Program-made: the position numbers and the translations under genes
The notes under the pieces: model-generated
The model's database searches: none
Seen by the model: only the letters and a program-made list of their open reading frames with translations
Told to the model about the DNA's origin: nothing
Part shown: one piece after another, positions 13,301 to 25,313 of the stretch
Numbering within the stretch: the stretch's first letter is position 1
Layout of the letters: each line of letters starts with the position of its first letter
Assembly (NCBI GenBank): GCA_016906335.1
Contig: JADEYG010000009.1
Coordinates: forward strand, 248,001 to 312,000
Source: Novakomyces olei
Lineage: Eukaryota
Direction of reading: 5' to 3'
Length of the DNA: 64,000 nucleotides

Positions 13301-14254
13301 ATACCTTCTCTTCAAGTAACTCACACACATTTTGTCACTAAACTATTGTATGTGTGCAGAGATTCGCGTGTGCGCGTCTAAGTGTATGTGTGTGCGAGCG
13401 CGTAGGGTTAAATTCCTTTATAGCACAATTCCTTTATATACTACCTCGCTAGCCCTGGTTTATGTGTCTAGTGTGGTGGTGGCAGCAGTGCAAGGATATC
13501 AATTGTCGTTCCTTGTTGTACTATTGAAAAGCTGTGCACACCACTCTGAGGTCGAACAGTCTCGACATATCTTTTGTCTTTCTTTTCAACAGGACGATTC
13601 CAACAGCCTTCACAAGCCGAGGCAGAGGTGACCATCTGTGTCTCTTCCAGTCTTGATTGCTGTTGTAGATTTGTTAGTTGCTAGTCAACTGTCTTTGAGC
13701 TGCTACACTTTGATAGCTCACGGTGCACTTTGCTACCACAACGACTTCAATCTCGAAACAGCCTTGGCCATATTGTACTGCTGCTACACTGAGGACTACT
13801 GACTAGCGCCATACAGTCCAGACCTGTGAGCTTGTAGGCCCTGGCTTGCTCTAAACCACCTTCGATTTTCTACCCGGTCAACTACGACGCTCTTGTAGCG
13901 TTTTCGGCACGCCGTTTACACTCTTTACTCTGTCATTCATTCGTTCGTTCATTCAATTGAAACCGCAGTCTGGACTAATCCTTGCCAGTTTCATCTTCTG
14001 GAATCCCCCAGATTCGAACTCGAGACCTCGTAACATTTCACCTCGCTTACGCAGCTTGGTGCATTACTCATTACTTTGACATATACATAATCTCTTATTC
14101 ACATTCTGTTTTAATATACTTCTAAATCGGCGGGTTGGCAGAATCGAACCCGATACCTCAGCAACACTACGCGTCAGGCACGTGAACGTATTGTTGAGCC
14201 TTGCCACTAGCGTTTCTCCCACACGGCAATAATATATACGAACCGCTTCTCCAC

Positions 14255-16135
14255 ATGGCACCGACAAGGCCACAGGCTGCTGTGTGTACAGCGCACAATT
14301 CACCGAATATGGGAGTCGGCAAACGCGGATCGCGTCACCCGAGTCCTAATCAGCCTTTATCTCCGCCCGAGTCGGAACGTGCACGGCAGGCGCGTGCCCA
14401 AGAATCAAAACGCGTAGCCCGATTGGCTCGAATCCGGCAGCTGGAACGCGTTTTAAATGCAAAATTTGAAGCCGAATATCGCTCAGATATTTTCGGCTAC
14501 ATGAACAGTGTTCAGGTAATTTGCTTCGCTTCATTAATACTATCCAATCTTTTAATGATGCCAGTCTTATTAACGTTATTATAGAACGCTACCGTTGCCA
14601 ATTCAGACATGATGGACCTGCAGCCTGAAATTGACTGGACAATGCGGCCGTACCTTGTTGACTTTTTGATTGAAGTTGCTCTGGGCTTCCGACTGCAGCC
14701 AACGACACTGCACCTGGCCGTCAACCTGATTGACAGGTACACTTCTCGCCGTGTTGTATTCAAAAAGCACTATCAACTCTTGGGCTGTTCTGCCCTTTGG
14801 ATCGCAGCAAAGTACGAAGAGCCTAAAGACAGAGTAATGAGTCTCTCTGAGCTTCGGCAAATGTGCTGTGATGCGTACAAGGACGACATGTTTGTGCAAA
14901 TGGAGTCGCACATTCTCAAAACGTTGGAGTGGCAAATTGGAGCTCCAACTACTGATTTCTTTCTACAAATGTTTTGGTCTGAACAGCAATTGGCAATGAC
15001 GCCAGAGCGTCAAGCACGTCAGCCAATCCCACTCAAATCGTCCAAGCGTCCCTGTCCTCTCAATTTAGCCGGCAGCAATACGAATTCAAATAGCAATGCC
15101 ATCAACAGTGAGCAAATAACATTAAACTTGGCTCGATATGCTGCGGATTTGGCCCTTTTCCATCGTGACCTGGTCAATTTTGTGCCCTCTGTAATTGCAA
15201 CAGCATCACTAGCTCTGGCTTCGCATATTCAGCAAACGGCAACACTGCCTTACGATCCATCTACACTGCTCTCTGCTGAAGTTGGCAGTCGGGCTACGGC
15301 TGGAGCGCCCAGAGTTGCTCAATGCATGCTGGCTTTAGCCGGTCATTTGGGCGAATCTTCTTCTGTGCTAAAGAAAAAGTACTTACACGAAGGCTACGAT
15401 CGTGTCTCTAACCTGCTCGACGCTTACTTGTCCCCAAAGCCGGCAATGATGTGTGTCGATGAGGTCACAATGGACTGTGGAAATGGAAATAACAACAGTA
15501 ATGTAAGCACGCCCCTGCACACTCCAATCAAGGGCCGATTTATGAATGCTTCTACCAGTTCTGGCAGCGTTTTGCCTCTGGCAATAACGCCTCCAAGGAC
15601 TCCAGGCCTCGCGGTTATGGACGCAGTTCAACAGCAAAAGCGTCGAGAGCCTTTGCCCACTCCGCCTGTAGATGCTCGTCGAGTGCAATTGGGAAGGAAT
15701 GATTACAATAATAATGGTTATAATAATAATGATTTCAATAATAGCGATTACAATAATAACGGCAATACAAAGTCAGACGAGGCCGATGGAGAAATGATGG
15801 TATCTGCCATTCCCTCGACTGCTTATTCCCATCATTCTGGGTACGATATGACTATGAATAATTATGTGACTGCAGATCCTGCCACTAGTGAAATGAATTT
15901 TGGAAACGAAGAAAATGACTACGACAACGACGATGACGATGATGACGATAAAAATACTAATAACGAAGACGATGAGGAGGATGAAGAGATGCGATCTCCA
16001 CAAGCCAGTGATATTACGATTATTGTACAGTCTGCGAATGGACAAACGGCCGATGTTTTAATAGACTCTTGTACAGATGCAGCGGCCGCAGCAGGAAGGA
16101 TCGTACGTCCTCAGCGTCGAAATATACTCGTTTAA
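14255..16135 (+). CDS. G1-type cyclin (Puc1/Cln/Ccn1-like), 2 exons (14255-14515, 14585-16135)
   Basis: EYRSDIFGYM helix, cyclin box MMDLQPEIDWTMRPYLVDFLIE...AVNLIDRYTSRRVVFKKHYQLLGCSALWIAAKYEE; long PEST/acidic tail with multiple S/T-P sites. Confidence 0.9.
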
Positions 16136-16963
16136 GTCGTGAAATATGATATTTGACGTCTATTATTACTCTATAATTTTGTTTTAATGAAGAAAGACTT
16201 TTGCGCTCGGGTGGCCTGGGGTTATTTGAAGTCGCAAGGGTTAAAGTTTCACAAACTTTAATAATGAACATTATGGTGGGGCCTTTTATTGTAAGGCCGT
16301 ACGGAGGACTTTATCATACCTTAACGTATGGCCGAGGGCGGGACACATACTGGACGGGTTTAGTATGGCAATTGTACATATTCAGAACACTCTGAACCCT
16401 GTCCTTTGATCTATTTATTTACTACTGCGATCGCCTCTTTGTGTACCAATTTAATTTAATTTGAATTAAATTAAATTAAATTATATTTTTTCAGTATTGC
16501 TCCACATCAGACATCTTATTTTATTTGTGATATTTTAAATCTCTTTTATATACATATGATTATAGTTATTAGAAGGAAACATTGCACGTCGCTGCAGGTA
16601 TTCAGCATATCAACCATGCATTTTACGAGAATTAATACGAACACAATTCATGTTATACAAATGGTCAAAGCAGTAGACGCGTACTTCTGTAAATGGGAAA
16701 CCAAAAGCATAAATAAACAAAACAAAATAAACATTTTAAAAAAATGAGCTCAATGATAAATTAGAAACAAGAAATTAAATGAATTTTGACCCATGTTGTT
16801 GCTTAAGCACAGAATGTCGACTTCCTTCTGGAATGACGCTACACAAATCTCAATTCGAACGCAGTATAATCACAAAATAGGCTATATACAAGATTGGTTT
16901 ACTTTTCTATTCTGTCTTCATCTATGCTCATTTTTTGATCGCCCTTGCTTCCCACCAATGCAT

Positions 16964-18602
16964 TTAGGCCTGCGTGAATTCATCTCGCCCCGTGTCTTGT
17001 GAATCTGGTATTACACGAACAGGTGTGGACAGCAGATCAGAATCTTCCTGCGACGCAGATCGGACATCTTCTAGTAAAATTCCGTCAAACATGCCGGGCT
17101 GATAATCCGCAAATTGTTCAAGTGTACTTGATGTTGTCCGTGTCCTTTTCCTTTTACGCTGGATCTCAGTCTCAGGCTCATATATTTCTGTTTCATCATC
17201 GGTCTGTCTCACTCGACACACCAACGGAGTGATTCCCGAATTCTAAAATATGAGTATAAATAAAAACTAAGTAAATAAATAAAATAAACATTTTAAATAA
17301 ACATTTTTTATGCTGAATATTGGTCTTACTGTTATACAAAAAAGACGGCCAGATCGACGAGCAAGGCCGTTTTGCACACCGTTCGATACTGCCTCATTGG
17401 ATTCAGGTCGCTGGAGTGCCGCAACTCGGACGCGAAGTAGAGAATCGCGATGAAATTCCGATGGCTTAGAAACAACCTGCTCGTTTTCTAATAGTTCGGT
17501 ATACTGCAGAAGGAGAACGCTAGCCATGTAGTCCTGAAAATAGTCGCCTTGGAATTAGAGATTTACTTTAAGGAAAAGAATAATATATAATTGTGTCCAA
17601 GGTAAACCGTAAAGGAAAATTTAGAATAAAGACATATTGAGCAAAATAACATGAAAGCCAGACTTAACCAAGCCATTGAAAGAAGACTCTAGGAAAGGAC
17701 CAAAAAACCTATACTCCAGGACTGAATATCACAAAATTCAATAATAAAAATGTATATAAACCCACCAAACGCATCTACCAGTCCAACGGTACCATAACGT
17801 GGAGCTGTCTTCATTTTATTCACAATAATCGCAGCAAATTGGAACCGAGCAGCCGCGCGTGCTAAGGCAGTAACAAGGGTCAGCACGACTCGTCGCTCCG
17901 TTTGAAAGCTGGCTCGATTCCCGCTCATTGTAGGAACTGCTTCCCATATTGGCTGAGTCATATCATCCAATATTAAAACTGACGCCCTTGCGCAGACAGC
18001 ACTCAGGCTGCTATCTTCCTCCACTGTCGATATTCGCTGGATAACGGCGAGTAGAACGGAAAATTGAGGGGCCGAAACGACAGACACGTGACGCATCATT
18101 TCACTGATATTTATCGCGTCATTTTTTACGCGTGCCTCTAAAATTTGGAGCAGGCGACGAGCAGGGAAAGGCTGGCCTGATTCAATCCAAACAACAAATT
18201 CTCCATTTATCAAGACGTTTGCAGCAATTTCGAGACTGAGGTCAGTATTAAATAATTAAAGATGGCACAAATAGAATCCTAATAATAATCAGATTATACT
18301 CAACGAATGCGATGGTGTATGTACCATAACGACAAGCAAATCGAATAAGAGCTTTTAAAAATATTCAAATTACCACATCGTAGTTTTCCCGACTCCGGGA
18401 GGTCCATGGACCTCGCTGATACTCCCACGCGGCAGCCCACGCGGGCCTAAAGCAGCATCGATTGTGTCGAGGCCAGTCGAGATTGGACGAGCCGCACTTT
18501 GCTCAATCGAAGCGAGACGATCAAGCGCAGACTGTGTTTGCAGTCGGTCTGTGGATCAGTCTGACACTTGAACACAATTGACTTACGCTCGGCCACTGCC
18601 AT
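16964..18602 (-). CDS. RAD55: Rad51 paralog Rad55/Rhp55 (RecA family), about 5 exons
   Basis: Spliced MAVAEHRLQTQSALDRL...ISTGLDTIDAALGPRGLPRGSISEVHGPPGVGKTT (Walker A), VVWIES.QPFP..RL, Walker B VLILDD. The N-terminus resembles S. pombe Rad55. The 3' exons are less certain. Confidence 0.8.
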
Positions 18603-18687
18603 AAATCAAAGACGTATGAATTGACTACTGCAGTTATAGCGCGCCATTCTATATACTAACGATTGGTTGGCTGATCATAGCTAATAT

Positions 18688-18823
18688 AGTTTATTGTTTG
18701 GTACAGTTTATTGTATGGTACAGTTTATTGTATGGTTCAGTTTATTGTATGGTACAGTTTATTGTATGGTACAGTTTATTGTATGGTACAGTTTATTGTA
18801 TGGTACAGTTTATTGTATGGTAC
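18688..18823. repeat. 17-bp minisatellite (AGTTTATTGTATGGTAC) x8
   Basis: Directly visible tandem units between the divergent RAD55 and DAHP synthase starts. Confidence 0.97.
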
Positions 18824-19144
18824 AATTTACTGTATTTTATCGGATTCTATCAATTTTTAATCCGCCTTTGCTGATAAGCACCATCTGTCACAAAAGTACG
18901 ACTGTGCGGTTTAGTATCATTTTTTTTGTCAGCATTAGTATCACTTGTATTATAGAAAAGAAGAGAGTACTGGCAAATTGCTTCCACAAAAGATAATTTA
19001 TTGTATTATGGATTTTTATTTGACGATCCAGTACTACTCCCTTTTTTTTTTCTTGGTTTCTTTTCCCTTTTCTTTTGCTTTTTGCTTTTTATTTTTTTTC
19101 TCTGTAAAAACAATTTGGCACATAGGTTCATCGATAGTGGCCTA

Positions 19145-20802
19145 ATGTCAAAAGGACACTTTGAGTCGTGGCAGCCAGATTCATGGCGCTCAAGGCCAGT
19201 CAAACAAGACGTCTCCTATGAAAACCAGGCGGCTCTTGAAGAGGTACTTTTCACGCGCACATGTGGCTGTATTATTATAAACTTTTACTGAAGTCTATTC
19301 TCCAGGCACTTGAAAAATTAAGATATTTACCGCCTTTAGTAACGGTGAAAGAAGTGAGAAAATTGCGGGAGCATCTACGCGATGTAGCGCTTGGGAAAGG
19401 GTTTTTGCTTCAGGGCGGGGATTGCGCAGAGAGCTTTGATGCTTGTAAAACGGTATGATTTAATGAAAGAATTAATTAGTTTGTACGGAAACAACAGCAA
19501 TATAAGCTACAATTAAAATAAAACGAAATGACAAAAATTTTGGATGTCTTTTCTAATCTATTTGCTGACTTTAAAGGGACCTATTGAAGCCAAACTCAAG
19601 GTTATTCTGCAAATGAGCCTCATATTAGTTTGGGGCGCACACACGCCTGTCGTACGAATTGCTCGTATTGCCGGACAATACGCAAAGTAAGCAAGATTTG
19701 ATTTTGTGTGTATCGCTGTATACACATGTCGTTTAATTATTAATTATCTAACATTAGACCACGATCACAACCCTTTGAGACTACGCCGGAAGGTCAACAA
19801 ATTCATGCTTTCCGGGGCGATAATGTAAATGGGTACCATGTCTCTGACAGGGCACCCAACCCTCAAAGGCTGGTGTCTGCTTACTTTCATTCTGCGGCGA
19901 CTTTGAATTACGTGCGGGGGCTACTTTCCTCTGATTTTGCGGATCTGCATACTGCACAAGACTGGAACCTGGATTTTGTGCGCGCATCAGCTGCTCGGCA
20001 TGAGTACCAGACTATCGTGTCCAGCCTGAGGGATAGTATTACGTTTATGAAAACAATTGGAGCTGATCGTGATATGCATTTAAAAACTGTTGACCTTTAT
20101 ACAAGCCACGAGGGTCTACTTCTAGAGTACGAAGAGGCGCTGACACGTTACAGCGAGTCTTTGATTGGGGGAGCACCAGAGACGGAATCAAAAGGCAGTG
20201 GATGGTACAATGCTGGAGCCCACTTTTTGTGGGTGGGTGATAGGACTCGGCAGCTGGAAGGAGGCCATTTGGAGTATTTTAGAGGTATTGAAAACCCTGT
20301 GGGAATTAAAATTGGACCTTCAATGGACCCGGAAGAGTTATTAAAAGTATTGGACAAGTTGGACCCTCAAAACGAGCCAGGCAAGGTCACACTAATTTCA
20401 CGTTACGGTGCGAATAAGATTGCGAATCATTTACCATCTCATATTGAGGCGATTAAACGCTCAGGGCACTCGGTAGTTTGGGCGTGTGATCCTATGCATG
20501 GGAATACAAAGCCTTCTGAGACGTTTCCGCACCTTAAGACTCGACACTTTTCTGATATAATCGAAGAGTTGCGGCAGAGCATAACCATTCACAATCAATA
20601 CGGATCTAGGCTTAACGGCGTACATTTTGAAATGACTGGAGAAAGCGTCACTGAATGTATCGGCGGCGCTGCAGGATTGGAAGATGAGAATTTGAATACG
20701 GCATACCATACATTCTGTGATCCCCGGCTTAACTATGAGCAGAGTCTTGAAGTCGCCTTTTTAATTGCGGGCTACCTTAAAAACAGTAGAGAGCAGGATT
20801 GA
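19145..20802 (+). CDS. Class II DAHP synthase (phospho-2-dehydro-3-deoxyheptonate aldolase), 4 exons
   Basis: [36 protein letters not shown] (across intron 3), [43 protein letters not shown]. Introns 19244-19305, 19453-19576, 19687-19757. Confidence 0.95.
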
Positions 20803-21120
20803 AGCTGCGTATTGGAGGGACAAGGATTAAAAGTGTTTTTGTTAAATAAATAAATATATATATATAAATATAAATATAAATATATTCCTACTTGTTATCT
20901 GTTTGAAAACCCTGGCTACATAGATCGTCATTATATTTGCTCTTATCAGAATAATTTATATCGCATTCTATTCTATTACTAATGATACGCAGCAAATTAC
21001 TATGAGCTAAGTGCATACGAGAAGCATAGGAAGATAGAGATCAAATCTATATTAATATTAATTTAGCGCTATAAACAGACGCCCTTGCACGCATGATTCA
21101 GACTTGATAAGCAGCCAGAA

Positions 21121-23418
21121 ATGGCACAGCCAGACGAATCCAACGCAGATCAGTATGGACCGGACGAGGAGACGCCTTTGATTGGCAGCGCTGTTGCGGA
21201 CGGCGTTGTCCCACAGCGAGAAGAATGTCTCGAGGCACGAACGGACGGTCCTGAGCCAGCGAAGACGAACGTTGTATACGTGTTCCCAGCCTTGGCTATT
21301 GGCGTTTTCCTCGCGGTAATTGAACTCAAACAAAAGTGCGCGTTGAAAAGTTGTTGACAGAATTTTAGGCGTTTGATCAGACGGTAATTGCTTCAATTTA
21401 TGCAAAGGTACGACCGTCGCTAAATATTGCCTTCTTTCTTCAGCTAACATTTGACTAGATTGGAAGCGAGTTTAATCGATTTAATGATGTTAGCTGGATT
21501 GCAACGTCATACATGATTTCTTCCACTGCGTTTCAGCCATTGGTAAGCTTAGACTGAGAGCGAGAAGAGTAGTTGGAACAGTAATTATAAATCAAACAGA
21601 TCAAAGATTTATAAAGGAAAATAAAATAAATGAAAAAGAAAAAGAAAAGGCAATGATCAATTGGGAACAGAGTAAATTGATTGCTGTTAGCTACAGAGAT
21701 CGAGGCTTTCGCTCTGTATCAGTGTTTAGGATTGCCTTTTCTAAAATACAACTTTACATTCACTGACAGCTCAATAGTATGGCCGATTGTCGGACATTTT
21801 TGGTCGCAAGAACGCGCTCCTTTCTGCGAACCTTATTTTCGGCTTGGGGTGTCTGTTCTGCGGGGTAAATCTGCCCTTTCTCACCTCAGATGATTCCCGA
21901 TTTTATGAACTTGTCTTTGCCAGACTCATTGCAGGCATTGGTGGAGGTGGAATGCTATCCGCCTCGTCGGTAACGCTTTCCGATCTGGTGCCATTGCGTG
22001 ATCGGGCCACTTGGCAGGGATATATGAATATTATATTCGCCTTTGGGTCCACGTGTGGAGCTCCTCTTGGAGGACTTATGGCAGATACTATTGGCTGGAG
22101 ATGGGCGTTTTCCCTGCAGGCTCCAATCACGCTGCTGGCCTGTACTGTTATTCTTTTGGTGCTTAAACTACCACAGCCAGGTCACCCTGATTTCCACCAA
22201 AGGCCTTTAAAACAAAAACTGAGAATTATTGATTGGTGGGGCTGTGCTTTTTTGGTAGCTGCGATTACTGCAACAGTTTTGGCCTTCAATTTGGGCGGCA
22301 ATACTTTAGGTTGGGGTGATCCTATTGTTGTCTCCTCACTGGTAGCTTCAGCCGTAATGTTCATTGCCTTTATGTACACGGAAAGGTTTGTTGCTAATGT
22401 ACCATTGGCGCCTCCACGTGTTGTCTGCCACCAGGGAGCTCTTGCACCATTTGCTGCCAACTTTTTTCAGTTTTTTGCTCAAATGTCAATCGTTTACGCG
22501 TACCCTTTATTCTTTCAAGTTTTGCGACGTGAATCTGCCGCTAAAGCAGGTGGGAGGCTTATCCCTGTTGTGATTGGCGGATGCACAGGCAGTTTGTTTG
22601 CTGGGTATTATCTGCGTAAAACTGGGCGGTATAAATATGCCACTGTTTCCGGTTATGGACTCTCGCTTGTAGGCTCATTTTTACTTACGACGTTGACAGG
22701 TATGATATAAACTTTTTGCTTTTTATTTTGCTCGACTATCATTCTTCAGAGCTACTCACAACTCAGATAAAAGCAAATTCTGGCAATACTGCCTTTACGT
22801 GATACTCGTTGGGTTTGGCAACGGCAACAGCGTCACCCTCACTCTGATTGCTATTATACATAGCGCTGAAAAGAATGGTACGATATTACTATTCTCACAG
22901 GCAATCTCTAACTTTTCAGATCAGGCTGTAGCAATAGGAATATCCTACTTGTTTCGCGCGACTGGCGTCGTACTCGGCGTTTCTGGATCAACGAATTTGC
23001 TGCTTAATGTACTCAAAGCCCGTCTCGAGCAGAGCTTGGACGTTCCAAACAAGGAACAGGTAAGATTTTGCAGAATTATCATATAAACATATTTTTCATA
23101 TATACTCTCATTTTGATATTTTCCTCCTTTATTTTAATCTATTACCCGATCGCTTTTTTGAATCAGTTTTGATAAACAATGACTTTTGTTTGTTTGATCT
23201 GAATAGCTGCATGTGCTGACGCTGTTTGATAGATTATAACATCGGTGAAAGAGAGTGTGGATTATATATGGACTCTGGACCCCGAAATTTCAGCGATTAT
23301 TGTGCGCGAGTATGCTGCAGGAATCCGTTCCGTCTTTCTACTGGCATTTGCCGTCTCGGCTGCGTCTATAGTAGCAGGCCTTTTTATCGTGGAAAAGCAC
23401 GTTGCCCATGGCGTTTAG
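21121..23418 (+). CDS. 14-TM MFS transporter, Vba/Fnx (vacuolar amino-acid / DHA2) type, 7 exons
   Basis: N-terminal DEETPLI dileucine-type motif; FLAAFDQTVIA, WIATSYMISSTAFQPLYGRLSDIFGRK, ARLIAGIGGGG, GWRWAF.LQ.P; last exon ends ...EKHVAHGV*. Confidence 0.88.
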
Positions 23419-23679
23419 ACTATGTATACTGTGGGATGTGTTCAAACGTTGTAGCCGCTGGCCATATCTAAACATGAAATGTGTATATACTTGGGCATAG
23501 GAGACCATTACGAGAGTAGTCGGGTCTCCCTGTGTAGACGCCCAATCAATTAGACCTCTATCAACACGGCTGCTGCTAATACGACATCCGTCAACAAATC
23601 CACGATTCAATCAACAGATTATGTAAAAAATAATAATATTAATAAAATAAAAATAAAACATCAATTAGATGCATTGTAT

Positions 23680-24450
23680 CTAATTACGAGGCTGAAGCTG
23701 CCTGATCCTTTCTCGCTGCATTTCAACAAACTTTTCGCCGTCTTTAACGATGGCCATTACCTCTGCAGGACCAACATTCCCACCGGCCGAAAGACCTGCC
23801 AAACGGTCTCGTACTTCCAGCAGAACATCCCTCCTTATTGAAGCCTTTAGAGATAGCCGCTGGCCTTGCAAGGCTTTGGTAGTAGTGAGCGCGTACAGCA
23901 CTTCAGTCGGCGTTTGAGACGGCCTTTCCGAGTATCGTCCCCGATCAAAAGCACTGTCAATCATTCGCGACAGCTCCGCTTCTTCCGTCGTAAACGCTGC
24001 CGATTGGTGATAGAGCACCATCAGCCGATGAAGCCGCTCTTCAGCGTCTCTCGCAGCTTTGCGCTCGCGATTCGCTGTCCGCTGCTCTGCCCGCTGAGCC
24101 GCGTCGGGATCTGGACGGACTTTGAAATCTTCATACATTTGCCGCGTGGACAGTGGCAGACTCTCCGTCAGCGCTTGAGCCGTAATAGTTGCATTTGACC
24201 TGTCTGCGTTCTTTGCAGAAAGCCTTTTGCCGCTCGACTCTGCAGGTTTTAAGGCATTGCGAGTCCGATTCGTATGGTTCTGCTGCTGTCGCTGCTGCTG
24301 TTGCTGCTGCTGAATGTACTGCAGTCTTAAAGCATGCATTTTTTTATTATAATCGTGCCTCGGATCAGGCTTTTCTGCCACCGCACCCGCCGCAGTCGAG
24401 ACTGAGCGGGTACGGCACAGGCAGTTTAGCTGTTTTGCCCGTCGTATCAT
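23680..24450 (-). CDS. Probable mitochondrial small-subunit ribosomal protein (mS26-like)
   Basis: Arg-rich presequence MIRRAKQLNCLCRTRSVST; helical segments KKMHALRLQY and RLHRLMVLYHQSAAFTTEEAELSRMIDSAF resemble the fungal mS26 family; polyQ tract. Confidence 0.55.
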   Translation of the reverse strand: MIRRAKQLNCLCRTRSVSTAAGAVAEKPDPRHDYNKKMHALRLQYIQQQQQQQRQQQNHTNRTRNALKPAESSGKRLSAKNADRSNATITAQALTESLPLSTRQMYEDFKVRPDPDAAQRAEQRTANRERKAARDAEERLHRLMVLYHQSAAFTTEEAELSRMIDSAFDRGRYSERPSQTPTEVLYALTTTKALQGQRLSLKASIRRDVLLEVRDRLAGLSAGGNVGPAEVMAIVKDGEKFVEMQRERIRQLQPRN

Positions 24451-24515
24451 TGAGCCGAATCTGCTGTTGGATTTACGCAAAGACCAAAGGACGTGAAAAA
24501 TATTATTTAATATTT

Positions 24516-24599
24516 AATATTGAATATTGAATATTGAATATTGAATATTGAATATTGAATATTGAATATTGAATATTGAATATTGAATATTGAATATTG
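24516..24599. repeat. 7-bp tandem repeat (AATATTG) x12, followed by degenerate reverse-orientation copies
   Basis: Directly visible; in the divergent promoter of the mS26-like gene and TOA1. Confidence 0.95.
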
Positions 24600-25313
24600 G
24601 ATTATTTATTTCAATATTTCAACATTTCAACATTTCAATATCAATATCAATAAATAAGAAATATTTAGCTATATTGAACTATAAAACAACGTACCATAAT
24701 AAAATATCTATAATCAACTTTAGCAAGAACGTAGTACTAGAACAGCCTGATAAAAACGCCATGCTTCAAATACATAATAATACGCCATAATTTATAATGT
24801 GCCATAATTATACATTAAGCTCTAATTAATTGTCCAATTAATAATAGACTAGAGCTGCTAAAGCTGTGGCCTCGTTGAACCGGTGTCGTCCGAACGGTAC
24901 GACACTCAAACGGGAAGCCGGACGGCGAGCAGTTGCAGAGCAATTGCGCTCGATCCGTTGTGGATCTAAAGTCAAGTGCGGAGCGCTGTACTGCTTATAA
25001 TCTGGCCGAGTATAATCTGGCTGCTTTTTAATCTGCCAACGTCCCTATCTGCTCCTGCCTGGTTTGCTACATCTCTTATCCCGCCATTTGTCTCTTTACC
25101 ATTGTCACTTTTCGACACTCGCTTTTGTGACTTTGTGCTCTCAGACTGCGGCAAGCTGATTGCATCTTTTCACTAGAGCTCTACACCTTTGCGCCTTGTA
25201 TCCTTATACAGCTTATCCTCAGTACTCATTGAGCCTTCGCCGCCTATCTCCTTGTAAACTTGCAGTTTGCCTTTTGTTTTGGCTGCTTTTTGGCCGTCAA
25301 AAGTTTGGCGAAA

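Noticed and set aside
14125-14220. tRNA-like sequence on the minus strand (TAGTGG...GGTTCGATTC)
   Set aside because: The T-stem and acceptor stem do not pair, so there is no cloverleaf.
18688-18823. CRISPR-like appearance of this and other tandem arrays
   Set aside because: No spacers between units, eukaryotic context, no cas genes.
19145-23418. Secondary-metabolite cluster (DAHP synthase plus MFS)
   Set aside because: No backbone or tailoring enzymes nearby; neighbours are housekeeping genes.
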